The notes: a model not told the origin generated them from the letters alone. A stretch of 64,000 bases of DNA from Octopus sinensis (GCF_006345805.1 NC_043016.1:11036001-11100000); one strand, 5' to 3'. Positions 13,816-26,882 are shown, counted from the stretch's first letter. Program-made: numbers and translations.

Positions 13816-14272
13816 ATATTTCTCTCGTCTTTTTCTCCTTGCAAATAACTTCTCAATTTTGTCCTAACAGTAACTGTTCATCATTTTACTTTTTTTCACC
13901 TTTTTTTACCATTCCACTTGGAATTTAACAAATCTTTACATCACCATTGCTAAACATTACAACTTTCAATAATTTTGAAACAGCAAGAAATTTGATATTT
14001 ATATTTTCAGTTTATTTTTTTATCTTTTACTTCTTTCAGTCATTAGACTACGGCCATGCTGGGGCACCACCTTCAAGAATTTTCAGTCGAATGAATTGAC
14101 CCCAGCACTTACTTCTTTTTCTTTCAAGCCTAGTATTTATTCTATCAGTTTCTTTTTGTTGAACTGCTAGGTTATAAGGATGTAAATAAACCAACACCAG
14201 TTGTCAAGTGGTAGTCAGGACAAACACAGACACAAAGACACACACACACACAAGCACACGTGCGTGCTCACA

Positions 14273-14343
<71 letters not shown>

Positions 14344-15057
14344 ATGACAATCTTCTTTTAGTTTCCGTCTACCAAATGTACTCACAAGGCTTTGGTTGAC
14401 CCAAGGCTTTAGTAGAAGACACTTGTCCAAGGTGCCATGCAACGGGACTGAACCCAGAACTATGTGGTTGGGAAGAAAGCTTCTTAACACACAACCATGT
14501 TTTATTTCATCTTTGTTTATATAATTTCATGAACATAATACAAACAATTTTTATTATTATATGCCCTGATGCAGTACCAGGCAGTGGCTCTCATGGCTTC
14601 TGATCTTAACTGCTTGGAAGTATTATCCTATACATGGTTTTGTCTTGATATAAAAGATGGGCTACAGCAAATATTCTGCTCAATACCACAGATTTGCTTG
14701 TCAGTTGCTTGACCCTTAGTAGCTGATGATATGTGCATCTCTGATCATGAGCAGAAGGAGTGGAGGAGCATCATAGTCATGTATTGAGAGGAATTATTTG
14801 GGGTTTGAATAATTCACCTTTGGAAACATGGGTGTTGTGTCCATCATCCTTAAAACAATCTTTATTCAGGGACCTGAAGAAAATTCTAACTGGGCCCCAC
14901 ATGCAAAGTCATGTGCTGTTTATCTTTGTATGAGATCACCATATCGTGCACATATGGTTGTGATGCATGTTCCTGGTATACCTTTATCAGACAAATAGTC
15001 ATGATGGGTACATATTAGGCTTCATCTATTTGTTCCCCAGTGTCAATATCATTTTGG

Positions 15058-15088
<31 letters not shown>

Positions 15089-15140
15089 TTAATTTTGTTT
15101 CTAATTAGTGACTTTGACATTTCTATTTCTCAATTAATAG

Positions 15141-15240
15141 ACTCATGCCCTTTGAAGTGACCACAAAGTTAAACAAGTTCTTTGGTGTTTCAACAGCAAT
15201 GGAAAAATGCAAGAAACTTGGAAATTCTACATCAAGCTGA
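15141..15240 (+). CDS. Terminal coding exon of SDR16C-like gene A
   Basis: Acceptor ttctatttctcaattaatag ends at 15140. The phase matches the previous exon (ac+a = Thr). It translates LMPFEVTTKLNKFFGVSTAMEKCKKLGNSTSS* with TGA at 15238-15240, resembling the SDR16C K-x-L-x-P...FFG...M tail. Confidence 0.8.
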
Positions 15241-15484
15241 CTGAAATCTAAATGTAATCCTTGTTTTTTAATGATTTACTATTCTTTAATACATTTTAAA
15301 AAATCTTTTACATTTTATGGAAATCCCTTCCATTCTTGCCCTTTTAACACACATCTTTCTGAATATATATTCTTAAAATTTTTTTTAAGAAATTGTTGAT
15401 TTTTTTTTCTTTGACTTTTCTTTTTATATTTTCCAAACTTTGAGTATCATTATACTTTATTTTGTAATTTGACATAAATAATTT

Positions 15485-15490
15485 AATAAA
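15485..15490 (+). promoter_or_regulatory. Candidate polyadenylation signal of gene A
   Basis: AATAAA about 245 nt after the stop, at the end of a unique U-rich stretch and just before repeats resume. Confidence 0.4.
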
Positions 15491-16387
15491 TAAATAATCC
15501 TTTTTATATTATACCCATTAAGGCCTAAAATTTTGAAGGAGATAGCTGATTACCTTCACCCCAGTTATTAACTGGTACTTATTTTGTTGACCCCTTCTTC
15601 CTCCCAAAATGGTAAAAGGCAAAGTCGACCACAGTAGGATTTGAACTCAAAATGTTAAGCCAGAAGAAATACCTCTAAGAAATTTTTTCAACTTGCTAAA
15701 AATTCTGCCAATGCATTGAATAATAATAATAATATAATAATAATAATAATAATAATAATAAGGTGTTAGCCATGAATCCCTTAGTAGTTCCAGTTGTTGT
15801 TTATAGTCTGAATGTGTTGAAATGGAATATGAGTGAAATAAGGAAGATTAATTGGAAAATCTGTAACCTGCTGACTTGCAATAAGATGCACCACCCAAAG
15901 GCAGATACAGAAAGTCTTTACTTTCCCAGAGCCCAAGGAGGTTGAGGCTTGATCCAATTTGAAATCCCTTACAAGACCACTACAATTAGACTGGCCAAAT
16001 ATCCTGAAACATCTAATAACTGGATGCTAAAACTCATTAAAAACCGTGAGAGATGTAAGAAGCTTTGTTTTTGTTATGAAGGAGAGCAAAAAAACCTGTT
16101 ATTGAGTTCATGTATAATACCCAGGTTGAACAGCATGATAGAAGTGTCTCAACTGTTGTTGCAAAGCAGGTGAAATCATTGGCAAATCAAGAAGCATTTA
16201 AACAATTGACTGATAGATTGGAACAAAAACCTCTGCATGGCAAATATGTGGTCCGTAGCAAACAAGCTAATGTAGACCAGAAGCACATCCATCAGTGGCT
16301 ACAGAGGTCAGGGTTTAAAGCAGAGAGCAAAGGCATTATTTTAGTCACTCAAGATCAGAGCTTATTGACCCAGAACTACCAAACTAA

Positions 16388-17075
16388 TCATCATCATCAT
16401 CATCATCATCATTTAACGTCCACTTTCCATGCTAGCATGGGTTGGACGATTTGACAGAGGACTGGCAAACCAGATGGTTGCACCAGGCTCCAATCTTGAT
16501 CTGGCAGAGTTTCTACAGCTGGATGCCCTTCCTAACGCCAACCACTCCAAGAGTGTAGTGGGTACTTTTACATGCCACCAGCACGAGGGCCAGTCAGGCG
16601 GTACTGGCAACGGCCATGCTCAAATGGTGTTTTTACAGCTGGATGCCCTTCATAACGCCAACCACTCCAAGAGTGTAGTGGGTGCTTTTACATGCCACCA
16701 GCACGAGGGCCAGTCAGGCGGTACTGGCAATGGCCATGCTCAAATGGTGTTTTTACAGCTGGATGCCCTTCCTAACGCCAACCACTCCAAGAGTGTAGTG
16801 GGTGCTTTTACATGCCACCAGCACGAGGGCCAGTCAGGCGGTACTGGCAATGGCCATGCTCAAATGGTGTTTTTACAGCTGGATGCCCTTCCTAACGCCA
16901 ACCACTCCAAGAGTGTAGTGGGTGCTTTTACATGCCACTGGCACGAGGGCCAGTCAGGCGGTACTGGCAACGGCCACGCTCAAATGGTGTTTTTTTATGT
17001 GCCACCTGCACAGGAGCCAGTCCAGTGGCACTGGCAACGAACACGCTGGAATGTTTTTTCACATGCCACTGGCAC
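16388..17075 (-). mobile_element. RTE-3'-derived non-autonomous element with an internal 4 x 120-bp tandem amplification, nested in the Dong-like LINE
   Basis: (CAT)n at 16388-16411 is the reverse complement of the RTE tail. Units starting at 16510, 16630, 16750 and 16870 are nearly identical. Confidence 0.85.
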
Positions 17076-17413
17076 AATATGATGAAAAATGGAGTAGACC
17101 CAAAGTGCTAATACTGCAATGATGAGATTGAAACAGTGGACTACCTAATCTCTGGGTGTAAGGTTTCAGAACTTGTAGAGTATAAATCAAAACATGAGAG
17201 TGTTGGCCAATATCTACATTGAATAATAGGTCAGCATTATAAAATCAAAACTGCTGTTAAATGGTACAAGCACCATCCCCTGAAAGGGAAAATGTAACAA
17301 TTCTTTGGGATTTTCCAGTACATACCAACCAGATCATCAAATCTAATGAATTATATACTGGTGTGAAAGACCAAAACAATAAAGTTTGTTTATTGATTGA
17401 CATGAGAATACCT

Positions 17414-17641
17414 ATTTCTTTATTACCCACAAGGGGTTAAACATAGAGGGGACAAACAAGGACAGACAAATGAATTAAGTCGATTACATCAATACTAGTG
17501 CGTAACTGGTACTTAATTTATCGACCCCGAAAGGATGAAAGGCAAAGTCAACCTCGGTGGAATTTGAACTCACAACGTAACGACAGACGAAATACCGCTA
17601 AGCATTTCACCCGGCGTGCTAACGTTTCTGCCAGTTCGCCG
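17414..17641 (-). mobile_element. tRNA-type SINE with 11-bp TSD, nested in the Dong-like LINE
   Basis: TSD tgagaatacct at 17403-17413 and 17642-17652. Minus-strand head ggcgaactggcagaaacgttagcacgccggg with B-box-like gagttcaaattcc. Confidence 0.9.
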
Positions 17642-18128
17642 TGAGAATACCTTGTGATCATAATATCTCGGCAAAAGAATTTGATAAGCTCAGAAACTTT
17701 AAAGACTTGCTGTTTGAAATCAGAAAGATGTGACATCTCAAGACAGTTACAATATCAATGGTTTTTGGAGAACTTGGAATGATTAAAAAAAGGAACTGAA
17801 AATTATTTGAGGATGGTCCCTGGCTTACCATTCCTTCAGTAAGTGCAAAAGATTGGCTTAACTAGTATGTCACATGTATTACAAAGAGCATTGTTGCTAT
17901 GAATTTCCTTTCCTTTTCCTCCCTTTATTTTCTTTGTTTACATTTTTTCATTTTTCTCTCTGTCTTTCTTCCCCCCTTTTTTTTATCACATGACTTTGTA
18001 AATGAATGCTCTGGTGTCTTTATATTAACAGCCTACTAATGTATACAGTTAGTTTCTTTGCCCTAGCTGTTGGGAAGACACTTGGCAAGAAATGAAAACA
18101 AAATTGAAAGAAAATAACGGTAATGATG

Positions 18129-18167
<39 letters not shown>

Positions 18168-18168
<1 letters not shown>

Positions 18169-18626
18169 AGGCAAAAAAGGTGTGTTTATTAATTGACATG
18201 AGTATCCCTTGCGATCACAATATAGCGGCGAAAGAATTTGACAAAATTAGTAAATATAAAGACTTGCTAATAGAAATTGAAAAAATGTGGCATCTCAAGG
18301 TGACTACAGTACCAGTGATTGTAGGATCTCTAGGAATGATAAAAAAAGGTATTGAAAACTATTTGAAAATGATACCAGGCTTACCATCTCTACAGGAAGT
18401 GCAAAAAATCATATTCACTGGAACGACTCATTTACTGAGAAGAGCATTATCGCTGTGAAAACAACATCCATTTATGAATTTATTTATTTATTAATTTTTT
18501 AAATACATATTTTATCTGTGAATTTGCGCATGTAATCTGGGAATGCATACAATGAGCTTCTCTGCCCTAGGTGTATGGAAAACACTCGGCGAGAAACGGA
18601 AGAAAATTTGAAGAAAGAAGGAAAAG
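18168..18626 (+). mobile_element. Second, less decayed 3' fragment of an R4/Dong-like LINE
   Basis: VCLLIDMSIPCDHNIAAKEFDKISKYKDLLIEIEKMWHLKVTTVPVIVGSLG is the endonuclease C-terminus (K-x-x-K-Y). Its 3' UTR end resembles 18056-18115, and it has (TAA)n on both sides. Confidence 0.85.
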
Positions 18627-18644
18627 TAATAATAATGATAATAA

Positions 18645-18853
18645 TCCTTTCTATTATAGGCACAAGGTCTGAAATATGGGGAGGAGGATAGTCAATTACA
18701 TCGACCCCAGTACTCAACTTGTACTTAATTTATTGACCCAGAAAAGATGAAAGGTAAAGTTGGCCTCAGCGCAATTTGAACTCAGAACAGCAAAATACTG
18801 CTAAGCATTTCACCTGGCGTGCTAACGATTCTACAAGCTTGCTGCCTTAATGA

Positions 18854-18887
<34 letters not shown>

Positions 18888-19355
18888 GATGGTGGCGGTG
18901 GCAGCGGTGGCGGTGTTGTTGTTGTTGTTTCAAATTTTGGCACAAGATTAACAATTTCAGGAGAGGGAGTAAGTTAATTACATCACCCCTAGTGCTCAAC
19001 TGGTTGTTATTTTATTGACCCTATAGAGATGAAAGGCAAAGTTGATCTCAGTGGAATTTGAACTCAGAACATAGGGACATATGAAATGCCAAAATAATAA
19101 TAATAATAATAATAATTCTTTCTACTAGAGGCACAAGGCCTGGAAAATGAGGGGAGGGGACTAGTCGATTACATCAACCCCAGTACACAACTGATACTTA
19201 ATTTATCAACCCTGAAAGCATGAAAGGCAAAGTCGAGCTCGGCAGAATTTGAACTCAGAACGTTATGGCAGACAAAATACTGCTAAGCATTTCACCCGTT
19301 GTGCTAATATTTCTGTCAGTTTACCACCTTAATAATGATAATAATGATGATGATG

Positions 19356-19386
<31 letters not shown>

Positions 19387-19475
19387 TAATAATTATAATA
19401 ATAATAATAATAGTAATAATAATAATAATAATAATGATAATAATAATAATAATGATAATAATTATAATAATAATA

Positions 19476-19511
<36 letters not shown>

Positions 19512-19766
19512 TAATAATAATAATAGTAATAGTAATAATAATAATAATAATAATCCTTTCCACGGAGGCACAAGACCTCAAGTTTGTGAGAAGGGATTAA
19601 GTTGATTATATCGACCCTAGTGTGTAACTGGTACTTATTTAATCAACCCAAAAAAGGACGAAAGGCTAAGTCAACCTCAGCGGAATTTCAACTCAGAACG
19701 TAGCAGCAGACAAAATACTGCTAATCATTTCCCCAGCATGCTAACAAGCTGCCAACTCGCTGCCTT
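18645..19766 (-). mobile_element. Head-to-tail cluster of four short SINEs separated by (TAA)n or (GAT)n
   Basis: Repeated aggcacaagg..cgaccccag..ggatgaaaggcaaagtcgacctcggcggaatttgaactcagaac..gcctt units. Similar clusters at about 6055-8563, 12605-13045, 28675-29190 and 52980-53720. Confidence 0.8.
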
Positions 19767-20539
19767 ATTAATAATAATAATAATAATAATAATAATTATA
19801 ATTGTCTCTTTATTTAATAGATTATTGAAAGTAGAGTTATAGACTTGGCAGATGAATATGTTAAGCATATTTGCAGAGTTGTGATTCTTTAGAAAATATT
19901 CATTCATACTAAGCATCAATCTTTTTACTTTTTGTTTTTTTGGGTTTTTTTTAAACTTTCATTTGCAAACATGCATGAAAATCTAGATTTTTCTGAAAAA
20001 TCATTTTGGTGCCAACTTTTCTTGAACAGCTCCGTAATTATTGAAAAAATCTTTTATCCATATCTTTAAAAATCTAATCGCATTTCTTCCCAGTGAAACG
20101 GGATAGGAATGTTATCGAATAATATCTGAAATTTGAATATTGGTTTGAAATCAATATCTTAACCGTATTAAATCATTCTTGAAGATTTATTAGGAAAATG
20201 GCTGTTGTCTGACAGTTCTGTATCCAGTTACATGATTATATTTATTGATTTATGGTGGTTTACACTATGCTAGCACATCTTCTAAGGCTTCTTCAAGTTC
20301 TCTTGGATACTGGTAAGGCCTAGCAAGAATTCATGTCAGAAAAGACCAATACGATACAGAAATAGATTTAATTCCTTGAAGTATTGAATAGTTTCATACT
20401 GTTCGGTCATGCCTTAAAGTTCAGTTGAGGTTGATACAGTAAACTACCTACTAATAATAGGTTTGGGTTGATGCAACAAACTCTAATCCATTCACCCATC
20501 CATTTTCTCTGCTCAATTGCTTGTATGGTCACAGGTGTA

Positions 20540-21135
20540 GAACCCTTCATAGAGTTCTATCAAAAGCAACCGTCATTAGACTTTCCTGCTGCGTTTCCAA
20601 ACATTGAACAACTGAAACTATGGATATTATCCAAGCATCGTATTCTTGGTTCTATCCATAGGTCTCTTACCAGATGTAGGGATAGAATCTTCAGGCATCT
20701 CTTTCATAGGGTCTTATCAGAAGTAACCATCATTAGACTTTCCTGCTGGATTCCCAAGCATGATTCACCAAGACTATGGAAATTATCCAATCATCTTATT
20801 CCTGGTTTATCCCTAAATCTCTTGCCAGTTGTGGGGCTAGAGTCCTCAGGCATTTCCTCTATAGGGTCCTATCAGAAGCAAACATCATTAGACTTTCCAT
20901 TTGGATTCCCAAGCACAACCAACTGGAACTAAGAACATCATCCAACCATCTCATTCTTGGTCTACCCCTAGGTCTCTTGCCAGACATAAGGATATGGTCC
21001 TCAGGCACCACCTCTTCCTCCATAGGGTCCTATCAGAAACAGTTGCCATTATTCTTTCTAAATGGATTCCCAAGCACGACCTACTAAGACTATGGATATT
21101 ATCCAACCATTCCATTCTTGGTCTACCCCACTAGG
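20540..21135. repeat. Diverged ~156-bp tandem repeat, about 4 copies
   Basis: tcattagactttcc-like anchors at 20573, 20730, 20885 and about 21046, with recurring tatggatattatcca and attcttggt. Confidence 0.75.
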
Positions 21136-24100
21136 TCTTAATAAGGAAATATTGCTGTTCATTCTTATTTCATCCCGTTTTTTTTTTTCATTTTAGTTTC
21201 TGTGTACAGATGGATAATTAATAACTTTGTAAAACTTAAGTTTAGCTTATGTCTCTGTGTGTATTTGTGTACGCTGTGTCCAGATTGGAGACAGTAGAGG
21301 AAAAAAAAGTGACATGATGTGAACGCTACAAGAAATCATCCAAACAAAATCTCATTTATCTACAAACAACAACAGAAATAACCTATCAAAAATGGCAAGG
21401 AAATGAGCCCTGTGAATTAATCTAAAATTAACTGTACCCTAAGTCCTGCCTTGTTAATTAAAAACAAGTATTTAATATTTCAAACATTTATTTAGTGTAT
21501 TTCCAGAAAACACTTTTTTCTTCTTTTTTTTTTTGCCACCTCTTAACCCTTTAGCATTTAAACTGGGTATATCCAGCTAAGATATTCAACCTGTTTTATG
21601 TTCAAACTGGCCAGATCTGGTTTCTCACACTAACCCTACAATATCATTCTAAAAATAAAAAAAAATTACATCATTGAAATCTCAAAGTTCCAAAATTTTG
21701 CAAAATTAATTCAAAACAATTTGATTAAATAAGCATTACATTTTAATGCTAAGGGATTAAAGCAAACCATTCAAATCTGATTGTCAATGACCATCAGAAG
21801 AATAACTATCACTTAACTCTTTACAATTTAAACCTGCCATATATCTGGCCCAAATATTTTACCTGTTTTAGATTCAAATTGGCCAGATCCAGTCTTTGAC
21901 ACCTACTCTAAAATGCCATTCTAAAACTAGACAATCACACCATTGAAATCTCAAAGCTATGAAATAATATCACTTCAAAACAATATGAATGAAAAGGTAA
22001 TTACATTTGACAGAGTAACCTGAATGCTAAATAGTTAAAGTCATGTTTTTAGCAGTTTCTTTTTGTTGGTCTCTTTTGCCAAACCGCTAAGTTAGGGATG
22101 TTAACAAATCAAAGCTAGTTATATGCATGCATGCACACGTGATGAGTTTCTTTCAGTTTCTGCCCACCAAATTCACTCACAAGGTTTTGGTTGACCCAAG
22201 AGAGTTGCCCAAGGTGCCATGCTGTGGGACTGAACCCAGAACCATGTGGTGTGTGTGTGTGTGTGTGTGTGTATGTTTGTGTGTGTGTATGTTGTTACTG
22301 TTCTTCCCTAAATCAACTTCACTTGATTAGACTGACCGTTATGATCAAAGACATTCAAATGATGAATATCTAAATCTTTTCAGGAGATTTCAAGATTACA
22401 TTATCCAATATGTCCTTCCCTGTTTTCAAGACTGCAAACAAGGTGGGTTTTTCCAGGCTGATTTGGCTGCTATTTTCTAGCAGGTCAGGCTCCCTTGATA
22501 GCTTACTGTATACAGTAACAAATGTTTCATTTCTAGGAAACTACTTGCCATAATACAGGGAGTTAAAAGCGGAATTGATAATTAGCAACCGGTTAAGATC
22601 TTAATATAATTTTAGATCTGCGACATGCCATATTTCTTCAATGCAAATTTGACAACATTAACACTTGCTGTGATATAATGTCAGTCCATTAATAGATCGT
22701 GTGTTTTTTTTTTTTGCAGATGCAGTTTCACAGACACATCAAAGTAACTGAAGTAACAGTTGTTTTTGTACTTGCAATTTTTAAAATATTTTTTGTAAAT
22801 ACGTTTTGATTTTTTTTCTTTTTTCAAAGATTTTTTTTTTTTTCTTTTTTTAAAGGTCTTTCAAAGAGATAACTTTTGTAACTTCAAACCTTTTATCAAT
22901 TAACATACATTCACTTTGATCTGCCTTTGATGTTGGAATGTTTCTTTTGAAAAATAAACGATGAGATATTCAACCGCCTTCTGACTGCTGCCAATTCCAT
23001 GTCAGGAAACCACTTATTTATTTATTTATTTTGTCTTCAATGTCTTATATAATGATTTTTATTTTCATTTTTTTTTTACCCATGTTCTAACTGTTTTGAC
23101 CATGAACAGGCTAGGGGCATATTTTGAATAGGTACGGTTGTATGAGCAAGAATTTCACTTCAAAAGCATAAGGTTTCAGATTCTATTCCATCGGTTGGCA
23201 CCCCTAGACAAGTGTCTTCTACTATAAGACACTTGTTTCTACAGCTGGATCATCATCATCATCGTCGTCATCCTCATCATCGTTTAACATCTGCTTTCCA
23301 TGCTGGCATGTGTTGGATGGTTTGACTTGGAGCTGGTCAGCTGGGAGCTGCCCAAACTCCAATTGTCTGTTGTGACACGGTTTCCATGCTTGGATGTCCT
23401 TCCTGGTACCAACCACTTTACAGAATGTACTGGGCATGACTTTTTCATGGCACCAGCAGTAACGAGGTTGCCATGTAACTTGCAAAATGAGAGAAGAGAA
23501 GGAAAAAGCTCCCTTGACCAAGTGATTGAGATTATTTGAGGGGGTGGTGGATGTGGTCTTATGTGTGTGTATTTCTCTCTATTTATTTCCACATTGACAT
23601 CGCTTAGGCAGTGGTAAAGTTTGTTTATGTCCTGCACAAACAACATGTCCAAACGTTCTGTGGCTTGACATGCAGATTTCAGTGGAATAAAGCACTTCAC
23701 TTGAAAACAAGTAAGAATTAGTGTCAAGAATGCTCACTGAAAATGTTTCATCAAACCCATGTCAGCATGAAAAGAGAGAAGTGGTGCCATTCTGTTGGTA
23801 TCCACTTCTTATCAGTCCACTACCAGATGAAAGCCTCAGCATGCTGTTGCCAATGTGTCTATGTCACCTGTATCTATGCCACCTGTCCACACTTGCTGAT
23901 TGCAAGATATTGGTCAGAATGCTCTTATAATCAGAGGGCTAAGGATTAACCCTGGCTAATCAGCGCCAATGAATAAAGACATACTGCCATGTATTTAACC
24001 CCTTTATTACAACCTTTGTTATTTCAATTAATTTTGAAAATGATGAAACATTTAGTAAAATTATTTTATTATTATTTACCTGGTGTTTAGAAGTGAAATT

Positions 24101-24266
24101 TACATAAAATTTTGATGGAATATCTTTAATTTAAATTACATTAAAACTGGAAGAACATATCATAGAACTTGGGGCAATCTTAGATAGATTGGTATCAAAA
24201 CATTTAATTCACTTGTTCACAGAATATAAGAACTATGATTGCCCTGAAACAACAACAACAACAACA

Positions 24267-24429
<163 letters not shown>

Positions 24430-24489
24430 TCACCGCCACTGCTGCTGCTATTGTATATTCCTGGATCAGCTCTGATAAATCTTTTGCCT

Positions 24490-24970
24490 TAACCCTTTTG
24501 TTACCATATTTCTGTTGAGATGCTCTGTGTTTCTTTCAATTAATTTTAAATATAACGAAGAATTTAGTAAAATAACTCAGTTATCATTAAGTTAGTTTTA
24601 GGAACATAAATTGTGACCAAGGTTTGGTGGAAGATTTTAATTCAAAACTTATGGAAACAAGACATTTATACTATAGAGCCAGAGGCAGTTTCAGGCAGAT
24701 TGGTAATGAAAGGATTAAGAATTGTTTCTCTATTATATATTTTAACCCTTTTGTTACCATATTTCTGTTGAGATGTTCTGTGTTTCTTTCAATTAATTTT
24801 AAATATAACAAGGAATTTAGTAAAATAACTTAGTTATCATTAAGCTAATGTTAGGAACATTAATTGTGACTAAGGTTTGGTGGAAGATTTTAATTCAGAA
24901 CTTTTGATAACAAGACATTTGTACTACAAAGCCAGAGGCGGTTTCAGGTGAGATGGCATCAAAAGGATTA
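24490..24970. mobile_element. Two adjacent copies of piggyBac-type MITE family 1
   Basis: ttaacccttttgttacc...aaggattaa occurs twice, about 25 bp apart, with the same internal sequence as 1635-1854 in reverse orientation. Confidence 0.8.
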
Positions 24971-25185
24971 AGGTAAAAAACAAAGACAAAAATCTCGTTA
25001 CTTTCTGAATCACAATGATTATATTTTTGGTTTACTGCATTGTTAAGTATGCAGGTGAGTGAGAAGTCATCCTCAAAACAGGGTACTGGTTATATCACAT
25101 GTATCTTTGAACTTAGCTCTGAAAGTCCATGAAAAATTCATCACTTCTGTATCGGTATTGTTAAGGTGGAGTCAGTGGTCACCAG

Positions 25186-25592
25186 TGTAATGGTTGTTGT
25201 TGTTGCAGTTGTGCAAAATGAATGAAAAACAGTGATCAAAGTTGTAAAGGAATATTTATTTACAGTTACTTAATATAATGCTATGCCTTGACGGGCAGGT
25301 GTCATATAATTGAAAGAGCATGCGAGGTTAAGAAAGTTAATTTTGGCCCGTATGTGAGTGCATGTTCATATTGTAGTAGCAAACCGTAGATAGTGATAGA
25401 ATGTTGTAAAAGAAAAGAAAGTGAGCTAGGGAAAGTTATAGAGTCAAGGGAAGTTGTGTCTCATAGTTGGCTGATTGTAACCTTCTTTCTCCTTCTAGCT
25501 GTTTTTAATGGCTGCCTGCTCATGGCCATGATTCTAGCTGTCTTGGTTCACTAACTTTTACTTCGGAATCGTCTGTATATATAACTATCGCA
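25186..25592 (-). mobile_element. Possible Gypsy-type LTR with PBS
   Basis: Minus strand TG...CA (407 bp) with an internal AATAAA, followed by cTGGTGACCactgac, which resembles a tRNA-Trp primer-binding site. Confidence 0.35.
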
Positions 25593-26306
25593 AAACAGTG
25601 AGAAAGAGAGACATATTGTTGAGAACAAAGGATTTTGTTGGGGACCTATTATCTCAATTCTAACTTTTCATGGTCTAGAAGAGGTTAGAAGGGTCAACTA
25701 GCAAAGACATTATTCTGCTTAGCGAAGGAATCTGGTAAATGTAACTGCTGTCACTCACAGGAAAACTTTTGCCGTGAGAAAAGTGCTGTTGAACTGCTAA
25801 GTGAAATTTGGCAATCAAGGATTGAATCCACACCATGTCTGCATGAAGCCATTACACTTCTATCATTCTTAATATTTACAATGAAGAACCATATAAACCA
25901 CTGTATGGTGCCTACATGGTACAAGGTAGATTTTAATCTCCATAAGATAAGTTTCATGGTCATGGACCCATTACAGTGAGAGTTACAGGATACAGATCTT
26001 GTTGCTTTAATATCTACTAAACCATCCAATTTGATATGCTCCTCTTTAGGTATAGAAAACTGAAGAGAATTTAACAATTTACAGGTGTAGCTTTGTAAGA
26101 TTGCTTCCAGCCACATGGGTCTCGGTTCAAAACTATTGTGTGGCACCTTGGGCAAAGTGTCTTTTATTATAACCGTAAGTTGACCAATGCCTTGTGGGTG
26201 GATTTGGAAGATGAAAACTGAAAGAATCACATCATGTATGACCTCGTGTGTACCGTTGGCGATTTTTTCCTCTGTTTTCCCTTCTCTGGATCTTTCCTTC
26301 TCCTGT

Positions 26307-26341
26307 GTTTCCGACGAAGAGCTCCGCCCGAAACGTTAAAC
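26307..26341 (+). ncRNA. Degenerate minimal hammerhead-like motif
   Basis: GTTT-CcGACGA-aGAGC tcc GCcC-GAAAC-GTT-AAAC, with two substitutions relative to the canonical core and stem II. Confidence 0.5.
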
Positions 26342-26446
26342 CCTCCTTCTTCCCTTCTTTCCTGAGCGTCCAATAATATTATATTTGTTCTACGTCCTCG
26401 CGTTGTTGTGTTTTTTGTTTGTGTTTTCTTGTTTGGATTAACTAAC

Positions 26447-26479
<33 letters not shown>

Positions 26480-26493
26480 ATAGGGAAAGAAAG

Positions 26494-26532
<39 letters not shown>

Positions 26533-26761
26533 GGGCAATTATGCAGATAAACAAATTAGAATCATTAAAGATATTAAATATAACAGTTTGGGTTAGGAAT
26601 ACAAAATATGTATACATGCAAAACGAGAGAAAGCAAAAAGTGGAGACTTTTAGCGATGAATTTTTAAGTATAAATATATAGATAATTATATTAATAGATC
26701 CATCTTACACAGAGTACAAATGAAAGAGAAAATTAAATGGGTGGAAGAAAGATGTTATAAG

Positions 26762-26882
26762 TCCAACCGCTGTTTCTGATGACTCCGAGATCCATAATAA
26801 TGTTGGTTGAGGTAGATCACCACAATACGCAGACGTGTGGATGCAATTAACATTGGATAAGATGAGTCCTCATCATCAGGGA
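26762..26882 (-). ncRNA. Hammerhead-like motif in the left arm of a palindrome
   Basis: Minus strand reads TCC-CTGATGA-TGAGGACTC..(~78 nt)..GAGTCATCA-GAAAC-AGCG-GTT-GGA. Confidence 0.55.

Larger units (their letters stand above)
15761..18115 (+). mobile_element. Decayed R4/Dong-like non-LTR retrotransposon (restriction-like endonuclease type) carrying two nested insertions
   Basis: Remnants include MHHPKADTESLYFPRAQGG, KPLHGKY, WLQRSGFKAESKGIILVTQDQSLLTQNY, a zinc-knuckle region C..ETVDYLISGC, ILWDFPVHT and CLLIDM. It is flanked by (TAA)n and has many stops and frameshifts. Confidence 0.8.

Noticed and set aside
22705-22760. Exon after a strong acceptor (t)n-gcag
   Set aside because: Only weak donors (gtaact, gtaaca) follow, and no peptide is recognisable.
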